The position numbers were made by a program, and so were the translations under genes. From positions 1,680 through 65,679 of the forward strand of contig JAPLOL010000111.1 in assembly GCA_026400735.1 (NCBI GenBank): a stretch of DNA of 64,000 bases, read 5' to 3'. The DNA comes from Alphaproteobacteria bacterium. Its GTDB lineage: Bacteria > Pseudomonadota > Alphaproteobacteria > Caulobacterales > Aquidulcibacteraceae. This document shows, piece after piece, positions 31,139 through 43,498 of the stretch. Below the pieces are notes generated by a model. The model saw nothing but the letters and a program-made list of their open reading frames with translations. It was not told where the DNA came from and ran no database searches. The stretch's first letter is position 1, and every line of letters begins with the position of its first letter.

Positions 31139-32258
31139 CTTGTGCGGCTAGGCCTTCTTCGCGACCGAGAAAGCCCATGCGTTCGGTCGTGGTGGCTTTG
31201 ACGCTGACGCGCGAGAGTGGAAGGCCAAGCACCTCGGCGGTGCGTGCCCGCATCGCTTCGCGGTGCGTGCCAATCTTCGGGCGTTCGCAAAGCAGCGTGA
31301 CGTCGACGTGCACGATCCGCGCGCCCGCATCCGCAGCGAGCTTCGCCGCGTGACGCAGAAAGCGCTCAGAATCCGCGCCTTTCCATTGCGGGTCGCTCGG
31401 CGGGAAGTGCGCGCCGATATCGCCTTCGCCAAGTGCGCCGAGGATGGCGTCAACGAGAGCGTGCCAACCTGCGTCCGCATCTGAGTGGCCGACGAGCCCT
31501 TTCGTGTGTGCAATACGCACGCCGCACAGCGTGACGAATTCACCGTCACCGAAACGGTGCGCGTCAACGCCGTTACCAACGCACACAATACGTTCGACGC
31601 CGAGCATGCGTTCGAGCATGGCGATATCCTCCGCGTAGGTAATCTTCATGAGCTTTTCGTCGCCGGTGACGAGTACGGCGTCGACACCGTTGGCGCGGGC
31701 AACCGCGACGTCGTCTGTCATCACGGCGTTAGGTGCGAGCGCTGCATAGGCGGCGCGCAAAGCTTGTGCTCGAAAAGCCTGCGGTGTCTGAATGCGCATG
31801 AGCCCGTCGCGTGCAACGTCTTCAACGATGCGCCCCGCGTCGTCAGCACGCCGGAGGGTGTCTGGCACTGCAATAGCGGGCGCTACGGCGGAGGCCCCGT
31901 CTCGAAGAGTCGAGACTAGCGCGCCGATCATCTCCACCGTCAGTCCGGGACGCGCAGCGTCATGAACCAGGATTGCGTCAGCTTCACCAAGCGCGGCCAG
32001 TCCTGCACGGACTGACGCCGTTCTGGTAGCGCCGCCATCCACGATCGTTACCGCTGCGGACCCTCGCGTTGCGACGTGGCAGAGGTCGGCGTGCTCGGGC
32101 GCGCAGACCACAACAATCTCCGTCGCACCGGCGGCAGCTAGCGCCGAGACCGACCAGGCGATCACCGGCTTGCCCGCTAGGGCTCTATATTGCTTCGGAA
32201 TGTCACCGCCGGCGCGTTCGCCCCGGCCACCGGCCACAATGATCGCAGCGAACCTCAT
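31110..32258 (-). CDS. ispDF: bifunctional 2-C-methyl-D-erythritol 4-phosphate cytidylyltransferase / MEcPP synthase
   Basis: The internal ATG gives MRFAAIIVAGGRGERAG (IspD P-loop-like). The C-terminal half has GVDAHRF...GHSDADAGWHAL (IspF). Confidence 0.95.
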   Translation of the reverse strand: MRFAAIIVAGGRGERAGGDIPKQYRALAGKPVIAWSVSALAAAGATEIVVVCAPEHADLCHVATRGSAAVTIVDGGATRTASVRAGLAALGEADAILVHDAARPGLTVEMIGALVSTLRDGASAVAPAIAVPDTLRRADDAGRIVEDVARDGLMRIQTPQAFRAQALRAAYAALAPNAVMTDDVAVARANGVDAVLVTGDEKLMKITYAEDIAMLERMLGVERIVCVGNGVDAHRFGDGEFVTLCGVRIAHTKGLVGHSDADAGWHALVDAILGALGEGDIGAHFPPSDPQWKGADSERFLRHAAKLAADAGARIVHVDVTLLCERPKIGTHREAMRARTAEVLGLPLSRVSVKATTTERMGFLGREEGLAAQATATVERPA

Positions 32259-32357
32259 CGCTGGAGAAATCCGCCGCCTAAATGTTGCATCGCAGCATAA
32301 AACCCTTGGCGCCCGCTTTTTAGGCGCCCTAAGCTCCTCGTCGAACCGGGGTGCTGA

Positions 32358-33341
32358 GTGTTCGATTTGAACGAAAAACCGCCGCTTGTCTCGCTCGCAC
32401 CGATGGCGGGCGTGACCGACATCCCGTTCCGCCGCCAAGTGAAGGCCTTCGGCGGGCAGTACTGCGTGTCTGAAATGGTTGCGTCCGACCAACTGGCGCG
32501 GGCGCGGATCGACATGGTCCGCCGCGCCGCCGGCGCTGGCGTAATTTCACCGCTCGTCATTCAGCTCGCAGGCCGCGATCCCGAATGGATGGCGGAAGGA
32601 GCGCGACTTGCGGAGGATGCAGGCGCTGAAGTCATCGACATCAACATGGGATGCCCATCGAAGAGCGTGACCAGCGGCCTGTGCGGCTCTGCGCTGATGC
32701 GCGAACCCGATCACGCCATGCGCCTCGTGGGAGCGACAGTGAGCGCAACGAATCTTCCTGTCACGCTGAAGATGCGTTTGGGCTGGGACGACAATTCGCT
32801 GAACGCCCCAGACATGGCCAAGCGCGCGGAAAACGCCGGCGTGCGTATGCTCACGATCCACGGGCGTACGCGTCATCAATTCTTTCGCGGTGTTGCGAAC
32901 TGGTCTGCAATCGCGCCGGTGGTGCAAGCGGTGCGCATTCCTGTAATCGCCAATGGCGACATCGGCACAGCAACTGACGCGCGACGCGCACTCGAGCTTT
33001 CCGGTGCGGCTGGTGTGATGATCGGGCGCGCAGCGCAAGGTAAACCCTGGCTGCCCGCCGCCATCGAACGTGCAATGATGGAAGGCGGCGAGATTTCTCC
33101 GCCGCCGCGTGCGCGATTGCTCGAAAGTCTGCTCGCACTCTGCGACGACACTCTATCCTTCTACGAGGGCCAGCTTGGCGTTCGCATCGCCCGCAAGCAC
33201 ATAGCGTGGATGATCGATGCGGAGTTCGGCGCCGAGGCGCGCGATATTCGCCAAGCCATCTGCATGCTGGAAGATCCACGCCGCGTTCGCGATGCGCTGA
33301 TCCGGCTCTTCGATGATGGATTGGATCGGGCTGCGGCATGA
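32358..33341 (+). CDS. dusB: tRNA-dihydrouridine synthase B (NifR3 family)
   Basis: It has LAPMAGVTDIPFR, DINMGCP and HGRTR. It sits in the conserved position upstream of ntrBC. Confidence 0.9.
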   Translation: MFDLNEKPPLVSLAPMAGVTDIPFRRQVKAFGGQYCVSEMVASDQLARARIDMVRRAAGAGVISPLVIQLAGRDPEWMAEGARLAEDAGAEVIDINMGCPSKSVTSGLCGSALMREPDHAMRLVGATVSATNLPVTLKMRLGWDDNSLNAPDMAKRAENAGVRMLTIHGRTRHQFFRGVANWSAIAPVVQAVRIPVIANGDIGTATDARRALELSGAAGVMIGRAAQGKPWLPAAIERAMMEGGEISPPPRARLLESLLALCDDTLSFYEGQLGVRIARKHIAWMIDAEFGAEARDIRQAICMLEDPRRVRDALIRLFDDGLDRAAA

Positions 33342-34420
33342 GCGATCCGGTCATCCGCCCGCTGCCGCAGCGCTCTTTGGCTCCCGACGCAGAACGGTGG
33401 CTCGAAGCGCTGCCGGCGCCGGTGTTGGGGATCGACGCAGGCGAGCGCATTCGCTTTGTGAACGCCGCCGCTGCAGAATTGCTCGCCGGTGTAGGACGTG
33501 GATTGCTCGGAAGGCGGCTTGACGAAATCTTCGGCATCGACGCACCCATCATCGCGCTCGTCCGCCGCACGCTCTCTGGCGCGAGCGGTGTTGCGGAAGC
33601 GGATGTCGCTTTGGTCGGCCCTGGTTTTGCTTTGGGCCACGCCAGCGTCGCGGCGGCGCCGGTGGGGGAGAATGGCTACATCGCCCTCGTGTTGACGCGC
33701 CCGCCGCGTGCTCGCGCCGCACCGCCAGCCGCCGCCAGTTCCGCCGCACGCACACTCGCGCATGAAGTGCGCAATCCGCTCGCCGGCATTCGGGCCGCGG
33801 CGCAGCTCATCTCTCGCGCCGACGACCCGGACTCCGCTGCATTAGCAAAGCTCATCGTTGACGAAGTCGATCGCGTACGCCGCCTCACAGATCGCATTGA
33901 TCCGCTAGGCGCCGTCGATGCGCCGCGCTTCGATCGCTTCAACATTCACGAAGCGCTCGATCGTGTGCGCAAACTTATCGGTTCCAGCGCACCGGATGTG
34001 ATGATCCGCGAACGCTACGATCCCAGCTTGCCGCAGGTGCGCGGTGACCTGGATCAATTGATCCAAGCGCTCCTAAACATCGCCAAAAACGCTGCTGAAG
34101 CCGTGGCCGACCAAGAAGATGGCGAGATCGCTATCTCGACCTCGTATCGCTCCGGCGTGAAGTTCCGCTCCGCCGCCAGCGGCGCGGCGCGAGCACAACT
34201 GGAAGTGCAGATCATCGACAACGGACCAGGGTTGCATCCCGACGTTGCCGATCGGCTCTTCGAAGCGTTCGCCACGACGAAGCGCGATGGCATGGGCCTT
34301 GGCCTCACCGTCGCTGCCGACGTCATCGCGCGCCACGATGGCCGCATCGAAGTCGAAAGCCAGCCGGGCCGCACGGCTTTCAAAATTCTCCTCCCCATCG
34401 ATCCGGACGAAACCACATGA
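33338..34420 (+). CDS. ntrB: nitrogen regulation sensor histidine kinase NtrB
   Basis: It has a PAS-like N-terminus, the H-box LAHEVRNPLAGI and the ATPase boxes NIAKNA and DNGPG...GLGLTV. It overlaps dusB and ntrC by 4 nt. Confidence 0.9.
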   Translation: MSDPVIRPLPQRSLAPDAERWLEALPAPVLGIDAGERIRFVNAAAAELLAGVGRGLLGRRLDEIFGIDAPIIALVRRTLSGASGVAEADVALVGPGFALGHASVAAAPVGENGYIALVLTRPPRARAAPPAAASSAARTLAHEVRNPLAGIRAAAQLISRADDPDSAALAKLIVDEVDRVRRLTDRIDPLGAVDAPRFDRFNIHEALDRVRKLIGSSAPDVMIRERYDPSLPQVRGDLDQLIQALLNIAKNAAEAVADQEDGEIAISTSYRSGVKFRSAASGAARAQLEVQIIDNGPGLHPDVADRLFEAFATTKRDGMGLGLTVAADVIARHDGRIEVESQPGRTAFKILLPIDPDETT

Positions 34421-35796
34421 GCGCACGCATTCTCCTGGCCGAAGACGACAATTCGTTGCGTCTCGTGCTGTCGCAAGCGCTCGGCAAAGAAGGCTACGAC
34501 GTCCGCGCGACCGGCAATGTTGCGACGCTGTCGAAATGGGTGCGTGACGGCGAAGGCGATCTGGTCTTGAGCGACGTCTACATGGGCGATGATTGTGTGT
34601 TCGATGCGCTACCGGCAATGCGCATGGCGCGACCGCATCTGCCTGTGATCGTCATGAGCGCTCAAAGCACAGTAAGCACAGCGCTGAGCGCCGCGGGCGC
34701 CGGCGCGTTCGACTACATGCCCAAGCCATTCGACCTCGACGATTTGATGGCGGCGGTGAAACGCGCGCTAGTCGGCGGGCCGGATGCGAAAACGCGGGCG
34801 CAGGCATCGAAGGCGGAAAGAGAAGAGCGCCTGCCGCTGATCGGCCGTTCCGCGCCGATGCAGGACGTGTACCGCGTCATGGCGCGTGTCGCCGGCACTG
34901 ATCTTACGGTGCTGATCGAAGGTGAGAGTGGCACAGGCAAGGAACGCGTGGCGCGCGCCATCCACGATCACGGGCGCCGCGCAACCGGTCCGTTCATCGC
35001 GATGAGTCTCGCAGGCGCGCAATCGCTTCAGCTCGAGCGCGAATTGTTCGGGCCACAAGGCAAGTTTGCGCAAGCGCAAGGTGGGACACTCTTCCTCGAA
35101 GATATCGACGAGCTGCCGCAAGACTCCCAAACGCGCCTTGCAGGTTTGCTGCACGCCGAAGAACCCGGCGATCGGCCAGATGCGCGTCTCGTCGTATCAT
35201 CACAACGCAGCCTTGCGACGCTCACGCGCCAAGGCGCGTTCCGGCAGGATCTATTTTATCGCCTCAACGTCGTCGTCATCCGCATGCCGCCACTGCGCGA
35301 GCGCCTTGAAGACATCGGTGATCTTGCGCGCGCCTTCCTCGTGCGCGCCAAACGCGAAGGCCTGCCGGACAAATCCATCGACAACGCTGCGATCGAGCGC
35401 CTGAAAGCGCATAGTTTCCCATGCAATCTCCGCGAACTTGAAAACTTGCTTCGGCGCGCAACAGCGCTGAGCCCGGCAACGGTCATCACAGCGCGCGAAA
35501 TCGGCCGCGAACTTGGCCACGCTGACAATAATGTCGTGCCGGAGGAAGCGACGGACGGTTTCGAGACGGCGGTGACACGCCGGGTGGAAGGGGAGTTCAC
35601 TGCGGCCAGCCCTGGCTTCCCGTCGGCGGGCCTATATGATCGCCTTCTGGCCGAGGTGGAGCGTCCGCTCATTGCCCAGGCGCTCCAGGCGACCCGCGGC
35701 AACCAGATCAAGGCCGCCGCGATCCTCGGGATCAACCGGAATACCCTTCGCAAGAAAATACAGGCCCTCGGCCTGGCAACTGGCCGAAGCGATTGA
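34417..35796 (+). CDS. ntrC: nitrogen regulation response regulator NtrC (sigma54 activator)
   Basis: It has REC (ILLAEDD), AAA+ (GESGTGKE, FRQDLFYRLNV) and a C-terminal Fis-type HTH (GNQIKAAAILGINRNTLRKKI). Confidence 0.92.
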   Translation: MSARILLAEDDNSLRLVLSQALGKEGYDVRATGNVATLSKWVRDGEGDLVLSDVYMGDDCVFDALPAMRMARPHLPVIVMSAQSTVSTALSAAGAGAFDYMPKPFDLDDLMAAVKRALVGGPDAKTRAQASKAEREERLPLIGRSAPMQDVYRVMARVAGTDLTVLIEGESGTGKERVARAIHDHGRRATGPFIAMSLAGAQSLQLERELFGPQGKFAQAQGGTLFLEDIDELPQDSQTRLAGLLHAEEPGDRPDARLVVSSQRSLATLTRQGAFRQDLFYRLNVVVIRMPPLRERLEDIGDLARAFLVRAKREGLPDKSIDNAAIERLKAHSFPCNLRELENLLRRATALSPATVITAREIGRELGHADNNVVPEEATDGFETAVTRRVEGEFTAASPGFPSAGLYDRLLAEVERPLIAQALQATRGNQIKAAAILGINRNTLRKKIQALGLATGRSD

Positions 35797-35856
35797 CCTG
35801 ACCGTGATATTGGTTCAACACCATGTGGCTATTCCGCAACATGGTGACCCCCGGCC

Positions 35857-38097
35857 ATGGCAGAAATCACCGCCGATGAGCCTGCTGACGCAGCTGTGCT
35901 CTCAGATCAGCCGCAGAGCCGCAGCGCTCTGACGTTTGTAGTCGGCCTTGCCGTTGCGGGCGCGCTGACGGCTGTCGCGACGATTACGCTGCTCATGGGT
36001 GACGGTCTCGCCGGCGAAAACAACGGCCTCATCCGCGCGCTGTTGATCGCGAGCCTTGTTGTTTCCGCAGGCCTCGCGGGCATTCTCATCCACCGCATCC
36101 TGCGCGTCGCGCGCGCGTGGCGCGCCGCGGCAACTGGGGCGCGTCTCCATCTGCGCTTCGTCACGCTGTTCAGTCTGGCCGCGCTCGCACCGGCGATCAT
36201 CGTTGCGGTGTTTTTGGGCGTGACCTTCACGCAAGGCATGGACCGTTGGTTTAGCCAGCGCGTCGTCGACACGATCGAGAGCGCCGCGGACGTCGGCGCC
36301 GCCTACGTGGATCTCGCTTCGGGCGGGCTCGGCGGTGAGGTGCAGGCGATGGCGGAAGATTTAAACGCCGCACGCGGCGGCCTGACATCGGACCCAGCGA
36401 GGTACGCAACATTTCTTCAGCTGCAGGGCGAGCGGCGTGAGCTCTCCTCGGTTTACGTGATCGATCGCGGCGGAAGCATTTTGGCTGGCGGCGCACTGGT
36501 CGAGAACGCAGTTCCATATAGCGCGCCGTCGCAGCAGGCGCTCTCAGTGGCTGACCAAGGCGAGGTGTCTGTACGCTTTGACCAAGACAACGATCGCTTG
36601 CTCGCCCTCTATCGGCTCTCTGCCTACAACAACGCCTATGTGTTCGTGTCGAAGCGGATCGAACCAGGCCTCGTCGCTCAATTGCGGCAGTTCGAGACAT
36701 CTGTGAGCGAGTACCGCGCGGCGCGCGATCAACAGAACTCACTGCGCGGATTGCTTGGCATGGCCTACGTATCCACCGCCGTGCTGCTGTTGCTTGGCGC
36801 CGGCTGGGTCGGCTTGACGAGCGCAACACGCGTGGCAGAGCCGATCGGACGCCTAGTCGGCGCTGCGCGGCGGGTGGCAGCCGGCGATTTGAAGGCGCGC
36901 GTCTCCGTGGGCGAAGAGCGCGACGAGGTTGATGCATTGGCAAGCGCCTTTAACCGCATGACGGCGCAGCTGGAAACGCAACACCGAGACTTGGTCACGG
37001 CGCAAGAAGACGCCGAGAACCGCTCCTCGTTCATCGAAGCCGTGCTCGGCGGCGTTAGCGCAGGCGTGATGGGACTCGATAACAACGGCCGCGTTACAGC
37101 AACGAACCGCTCTGCGGTTCATTTGCTGGGGCTCGCCGACGCCGCAATCATCGGCCGCCGTTTGATCGATCTGGCGCCTGAGTTCACGGAGCTTTTGAAT
37201 CAACCACTGCGCGCCGGTGAAGCGCCTTCGCAGCGCGTTGATCTGATGCGCGAAGGTGGCTCCGTAAATCTGAGTGTGCGGATGAGCCCGGAAGCTGACG
37301 GCGGCCTGGTGCTCACCTTCGATGACATGACGAAACTCATCTCGGCACAACGCCAAGAAGCCTGGAAAGACGTCGCGCGACGCATCGCGCACGAAATCAA
37401 AAACCCGCTGACGCCGATCCAGCTTTCCGCGGAGCGCCTTCGCAAGAAGTACTCCGCAGAGATCACCTCCGATCCCGACACCTTTGCCAAGTGCACCGAC
37501 ACGATCTTGCGCCAAGTCGCTGACATCGGCCGCATGGTGGATGAATTTTCGTCGTTCGCACGCATGCCGACGCCGCGCATGGCGTACGCCGACATCAGCG
37601 ACGTGGCGCGCTCGACGGTGTTCGCGCAACGTCTGGTGTTTCCGGACGTACGCATCGAAGTCGAAGGCGCTGATCAGCCGATCGCGTTAGTGAGCGATGA
37701 ACGCCTGATCGGGCAGTCACTGCTCAACCTCATCAAGAACGCGAGCGAGAGCGTGCAAGCGCGCCGCGAGCGCGATGGCGAACCGAAGGACGGTTTCGTC
37801 ACTTTGCGTTTGCGCGATTTGGATTTTGGGGTGCAGTTCGAGGTGATCGACAACGGGTTGGGCTTCCCGGGAAAAGATCGCCATCGTTTGATCGAACCAT
37901 ACGTCACCACGCGCACGAAAGGCGCAGGCCTCGGCCTCGCTATCGTCGCGCGCATTATCGAAGACCACGGGGGGCTAATTGAGTTGGACGACGCGCCTGG
38001 CGGGGGGCCAGGGGCAGTCGTTCGTTTTGTTCTCCCCAAACGCGGCGAAGAAGCCATCGATCCCGCCGCAGAAATCGGCGCAGGAGCCTCCCCATGA
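35857..38097 (+). CDS. ntrY: sensor histidine kinase NtrY
   Basis: It has 4 TM helices, HAMP (AFNRMTAQL), PAS, the H-box IAHEIKNPLTPI and an ATPase domain. It is followed by ntrX. Confidence 0.92.
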   Translation: MAEITADEPADAAVLSDQPQSRSALTFVVGLAVAGALTAVATITLLMGDGLAGENNGLIRALLIASLVVSAGLAGILIHRILRVARAWRAAATGARLHLRFVTLFSLAALAPAIIVAVFLGVTFTQGMDRWFSQRVVDTIESAADVGAAYVDLASGGLGGEVQAMAEDLNAARGGLTSDPARYATFLQLQGERRELSSVYVIDRGGSILAGGALVENAVPYSAPSQQALSVADQGEVSVRFDQDNDRLLALYRLSAYNNAYVFVSKRIEPGLVAQLRQFETSVSEYRAARDQQNSLRGLLGMAYVSTAVLLLLGAGWVGLTSATRVAEPIGRLVGAARRVAAGDLKARVSVGEERDEVDALASAFNRMTAQLETQHRDLVTAQEDAENRSSFIEAVLGGVSAGVMGLDNNGRVTATNRSAVHLLGLADAAIIGRRLIDLAPEFTELLNQPLRAGEAPSQRVDLMREGGSVNLSVRMSPEADGGLVLTFDDMTKLISAQRQEAWKDVARRIAHEIKNPLTPIQLSAERLRKKYSAEITSDPDTFAKCTDTILRQVADIGRMVDEFSSFARMPTPRMAYADISDVARSTVFAQRLVFPDVRIEVEGADQPIALVSDERLIGQSLLNLIKNASESVQARRERDGEPKDGFVTLRLRDLDFGVQFEVIDNGLGFPGKDRHRLIEPYVTTRTKGAGLGLAIVARIIEDHGGLIELDDAPGGGPGAVVRFVLPKRGEEAIDPAAEIGAGASP

Positions 38098-39488
38098 CGC
38101 AAGACATTCTCGTCGTCGACGACGAGGCCGACATTCGCGATCTCGTCTCCGGCATTCTCGAAGACGACGGCCACCAAGTTCGCACCGCGCGCGACAGCGA
38201 CGAAGCGCTGACCGCCTTCGGCAAGCGCAAGCCCTCTTTGATCGTGCTCGACATCTGGCTGCAGGGCAGTCGTATGGACGGCTTGGATCTGCTGGCGATC
38301 TTCAAGGACATGGATCCCGACACGCCGGTCGTCGTGATCTCCGGTCATGGCACCATCGAGACCGCCGTCGCGGCGATCCGCAAAGGCGCTTACGATTTCG
38401 TGGAAAAGCCTTTCACCGCTGACCGATTGCTGCACGTCGTGTCGCGCGCGCTGGAAACGACGCGGCTGAAGCGTGAGAACTCCGAACTCAAGGCCAAGTC
38501 CGCCGCAAGCGACAACCTCATCGGTTCATCCGCGGTGATGGCCGCTTTGCGCGCTTCTATCGATCGCGTCGCCCAAACCAATTCGCGCGTGCTCATCACC
38601 GGGCCCGCAGGCGCTGGTAAAGAACTGGTCGCGCGGCTGTTGCACGAGCGCAGCGCGCGCGCGGGCGGCGCCTTCGTCGCAATCAACGCGGCGTCCATCG
38701 CGCCAGATCGGATGGAGTCCGAAATCTTCGGCGAAGAGGGCTCGGATGGCCGTCCCAAAAAGATCGGCGTCTTCGAGCAAGCGCACATGGGTACGCTCTT
38801 CCTCGACGAAGTTGGCGACATGCCGCTTGAGACGCAATCCAAGATCCTGCGCGTTCTCGTCGATCAGCGCTTCAAGCGCCTGCACGGCGCCAACGACGTG
38901 CAAGTGAACGTTCGCGTCGTCTCTTCCAGTTCGCGCGATCTTTCCGGTGACATCGCCGAAGGACACTTCCGAGAAGATCTCTACCATCGCCTCAACGTCG
39001 TGCCGTTGCGAGCCCCGAGCGTCGCCGAGCGCCGCGAAGACATCCCTGAGTTGGCTGGCTATTTCGTGGGGCGTCTGGCCGGCATGTCGGGCGTGCCTGC
39101 GCGCCAAATCGGCGAAGATGCACTCGCAACGCTTCAAGCGGCCGATTGGCCGGGCAATGTCCGCCAGCTCCGGAACGTTATCGAGCGCATCCTGATCCTT
39201 GCAACCGGCGACGCTTCCACACCGGTGACTGTCGACAACTTGCCGGAAGAAGCCTGGCCGCAGTCCGGCTTCGCCAAGCGTGATGGCCTGCAGCAAGTCA
39301 TCGGTCTGCCGCTACGCGATGCACGTGAGCGGTTCGAGCGCGAGTATCTCAACGTCCAGATCACGCGCTTCGGTGGCAACATTTCGCGCACCGCGGCCTT
39401 CATCGGCATGGAGCGCTCGGCATTGCACCGGAAGTTGAAGTCGCTCAGCGTCGATCCGCCGGGCCGCAACGGCGCTGATCCTGAATGA
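38094..39488 (+). CDS. ntrX: response regulator NtrX
   Basis: It has REC (ILVVDDE), an AAA+-like core (GPAGAGKE, FREDLYHRLNV) and a C-terminal HTH. It overlaps ntrY by 4 nt. Confidence 0.92.
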   Translation: MTQDILVVDDEADIRDLVSGILEDDGHQVRTARDSDEALTAFGKRKPSLIVLDIWLQGSRMDGLDLLAIFKDMDPDTPVVVISGHGTIETAVAAIRKGAYDFVEKPFTADRLLHVVSRALETTRLKRENSELKAKSAASDNLIGSSAVMAALRASIDRVAQTNSRVLITGPAGAGKELVARLLHERSARAGGAFVAINAASIAPDRMESEIFGEEGSDGRPKKIGVFEQAHMGTLFLDEVGDMPLETQSKILRVLVDQRFKRLHGANDVQVNVRVVSSSSRDLSGDIAEGHFREDLYHRLNVVPLRAPSVAERREDIPELAGYFVGRLAGMSGVPARQIGEDALATLQAADWPGNVRQLRNVIERILILATGDASTPVTVDNLPEEAWPQSGFAKRDGLQQVIGLPLRDARERFEREYLNVQITRFGGNISRTAAFIGMERSALHRKLKSLSVDPPGRNGADPE

Positions 39489-40330
39489 GCCGCATCGCCT
39501 ACGTGAACGGCGCCTACGTGCCTTTGCGTAGCGCGAGCGTCTCTATTCTAGATCGAGGCTTTCAGTTCGCGGATTCAATCTACGAAGTCTGGGCCATCCG
39601 TGGCGGCCGCATGTTTGACACTGAAGCGCACATGACGCGCTTACAGCGCTCCCTTGCGGAACTCCGCATCACGCCGCCCATGAACGAAGCCTCTCTCATG
39701 GCGGTGATACGCGAGACCATGCGCCGCAATCGCGTCACCGACGGCATCGTCTACGTGCAAGTCAGCCGCGGCGCTGCCAATCGCGATCACGTATTTCCCG
39801 CACCGGATACAAAGCCAACCATCATAGTCACGGCGAAGAACCTCGACCGCACTGCCATCGCCAAGCGCGCCGCCACTGGCATCAAGGTCACCAGCGCACC
39901 TGAGACCCGGTGGCAGCGCCGCGACATCAAGTCGGTCAACCTCCTCCCAAATGTGCTCGCTAGACAAGGGGCGAAAGAGAAGGGGGCTTTTGAGGCGTGG
40001 TTCGTAGATGAGCACGGCCTTGTTACAGAAGGCACCTCTTCCAACGCGTGGATCGTTGACGCCAACGGCGTGCTCCGTACGCGCGCGCTGTCTTTCGACA
40101 TCCTCCACGGCGTCACGCGCGGGGCAGTTCTACAACTCGCACAAGAGCGCCAGATCAAAATCGAAGAACGACCCTTCACAGTCGAAGAAGTGAAACGCGC
40201 GCGCGAAGCCTTTATCACTGCTGCCTCTAACGCCGCGACGGCCGTCGTCGAGATCGACGGCGTCCGCATCGGCGACGGCAAACCCGGCTCTGTCACAGAA
40301 GCTTTACGCGCCGCTTATTTGGGCGCCTGA
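39485..40330 (+). CDS. dat: D-amino-acid (class IV) aminotransferase
   Basis: It has a fold-type IV PLP signature ([13 protein letters not shown], catalytic K in [15 protein letters not shown]). It sits in the conserved position upstream of hfq. Confidence 0.75.
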   Translation: MSRIAYVNGAYVPLRSASVSILDRGFQFADSIYEVWAIRGGRMFDTEAHMTRLQRSLAELRITPPMNEASLMAVIRETMRRNRVTDGIVYVQVSRGAANRDHVFPAPDTKPTIIVTAKNLDRTAIAKRAATGIKVTSAPETRWQRRDIKSVNLLPNVLARQGAKEKGAFEAWFVDEHGLVTEGTSSNAWIVDANGVLRTRALSFDILHGVTRGAVLQLAQERQIKIEERPFTVEEVKRAREAFITAASNAATAVVEIDGVRIGDGKPGSVTEALRAAYLGA

Positions 40331-40445
40331 CCGCAAATTGGGTCCGTTGCGGTTGGCGAACGCTGCGGCGCACCCTATACCTCATAGCGCAGCCCCGCGT
40401 TCGATGGGGCGCTATAAAACTCATCCAACATGGGGGCTAACAACC

Positions 40446-40680
40446 ATGGATAAGAAGCAAAACCTCCAGGACACGTTTCTGAACGCTGTCCGCAAGTCGA
40501 AGACGCCGCTCACGATTTTCCTCGTCAATGGCGTGAAGCTGCAAGGCGTCGTCACCTGGTTCGACAATTTCTGTGTGCTCTTGCGCCGCGACGGCCAAGT
40601 TCAGCTCGTCTACAAACACGCGATCTCGACCATTATGCCGGGTGCACCCGTCCAGCTGTTCGAGAACGAGAAGGCGACTG

Positions 40681-40697
<17 letters not shown>
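40446..40697 (+). CDS. hfq: RNA chaperone Hfq
   Basis: The internal ATG gives [50 protein letters not shown]...[10 protein letters not shown] (Sm1/Sm2 motifs). Confidence 0.96.
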
Positions 40698-42033
<1,336 letters not shown>

Positions 42034-42042
42034 GGGAGCGCC

Positions 42043-43446
42043 CTACTTCCGCGAAAGACGTTCAACGAGTTCCGCGGCGAAGACCGACAGCGTATCGTCA
42101 CGCGCGCCCATAACGATGATACGATCGCTGGGCTCGGCCAACTCAATCAGCTTGTCGCCACACGCGCCACGCTCAGCGAACGCCATCGCTTGCAGACCAC
42201 GCGAGCGCACGCCGGCAACGATGTGTTCGCTGGTGACTGTGCGATCGACGGTGCCGCCGAAATAGACCGGATCGGGCATGATCAGCACGTCGTCGCCGTC
42301 CATGTTGCGTGCGAAGCAATCGATGAACTCATCGCGCATAAGCCGCAGCGGGCCAAAACCGTGCGGCTGAAACATGATCAGCAGGCGACCTGGAAAAGCG
42401 TGCAGCGTGTTGAGCGTCGCGGTGATCTTATCAGGGTTGTGCCCAAAATCGTCGATCACTGTGACGTTGTTGGCTTTGCCGACGACCTCTAGACGCCGTT
42501 TGGTGCCGGAGAAGCCTTTGAGCGCGGCCGCCGCCACATTGAGTGGCATACCCAGCGCCCGCGCCGCAGACAGCGCTGCCAATGCGTTCGAGACGTTGTG
42601 CTCACCGGGCACTGCGAGATCGACCGTCGCGCGCTCGCGCGTGTCTTTCTCCAGCACATCGAAGGAGACGCCGTCCGGCGCCAAGCGGATGGCGGAGCAG
42701 TGGAGATCGGCGAGGCCTGAGCGCAGCGCGTAGGTGCGCGTACGCACCTTCGTCGCGATCACCAGCGCCGCCGTTTCCTCGTTGTCGAGGTTCAGCACCG
42801 CGATCTCGGCCTTGTTGACGAAGCCAGCGAACAACGTCCGCAGCTCGTCCATGCTCTTGTGGTCAAGCGCGATGTTGTTGACGACGGCAATCGTCGGCTC
42901 GTAGCGCGCGATCGAGCCGTCGCTCTCATCGACCTCAGACACAAACGCGTCGCCTTTGCCAACCAGCGCGCTCGCAAACAGCGCGTCCGGCGTGACGAAG
43001 TTCTTCATCACAGCGCCGTTCATCACCGTGGGATCGCGCCCAGCGCGATGGAGCAGCCACGCGATCATACCGGTGGTCGTGCTCTTGCCGCTGGTGCCGG
43101 CAACGCCGATGCGCACCGGCGCCGCGTTGAACAACTCCGCCAACAGCTGCGGCCGCTTCAAATCTTCCGCGCCAACGCGCTTGGCGGCGACGACATCACC
43201 CACAGTGTCTTCAACAGCCGCTGAGCGCACCAAGATCTGGTCAGCGCTCGTGATGCCGGAACCGTCCTGCGGGAAGAGGGCAATGCCTTGCGCTTTCAGG
43301 TACTCGAACTTCGCGCCCAAGCGTCCCTGATCGAGAGAGCGGTCAGAGCCCGCGACCGTCACGCCTTTACCGCGCAGGATAAGCGCCAGCGGCAACATTC
43401 CGGAGCCGCCGACGCCGCTGAAGAAATAGGATTTTGCCTGACTCAT
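42043..43446 (-). CDS. Mur ligase family protein (MurC/Mpl-like UDP-N-acetylmuramate ligase)
   Basis: It has GVGGSGM...GSDRS at the N-terminus, the P-loop [14 protein letters not shown] and a Mur ligase central and C-terminal domain. It is paired with an LD-carboxypeptidase gene, which suggests peptidoglycan recycling. Confidence 0.8.
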   Translation of the reverse strand: MSQAKSYFFSGVGGSGMLPLALILRGKGVTVAGSDRSLDQGRLGAKFEYLKAQGIALFPQDGSGITSADQILVRSAAVEDTVGDVVAAKRVGAEDLKRPQLLAELFNAAPVRIGVAGTSGKSTTTGMIAWLLHRAGRDPTVMNGAVMKNFVTPDALFASALVGKGDAFVSEVDESDGSIARYEPTIAVVNNIALDHKSMDELRTLFAGFVNKAEIAVLNLDNEETAALVIATKVRTRTYALRSGLADLHCSAIRLAPDGVSFDVLEKDTRERATVDLAVPGEHNVSNALAALSAARALGMPLNVAAAALKGFSGTKRRLEVVGKANNVTVIDDFGHNPDKITATLNTLHAFPGRLLIMFQPHGFGPLRLMRDEFIDCFARNMDGDDVLIMPDPVYFGGTVDRTVTSEHIVAGVRSRGLQAMAFAERGACGDKLIELAEPSDRIIVMGARDDTLSVFAAELVERLSRK

Positions 43447-43498
43447 GCGTGCCGGTTATGACGAGAAACGCTGATTTTCGGAAGGACGTGAACACAGC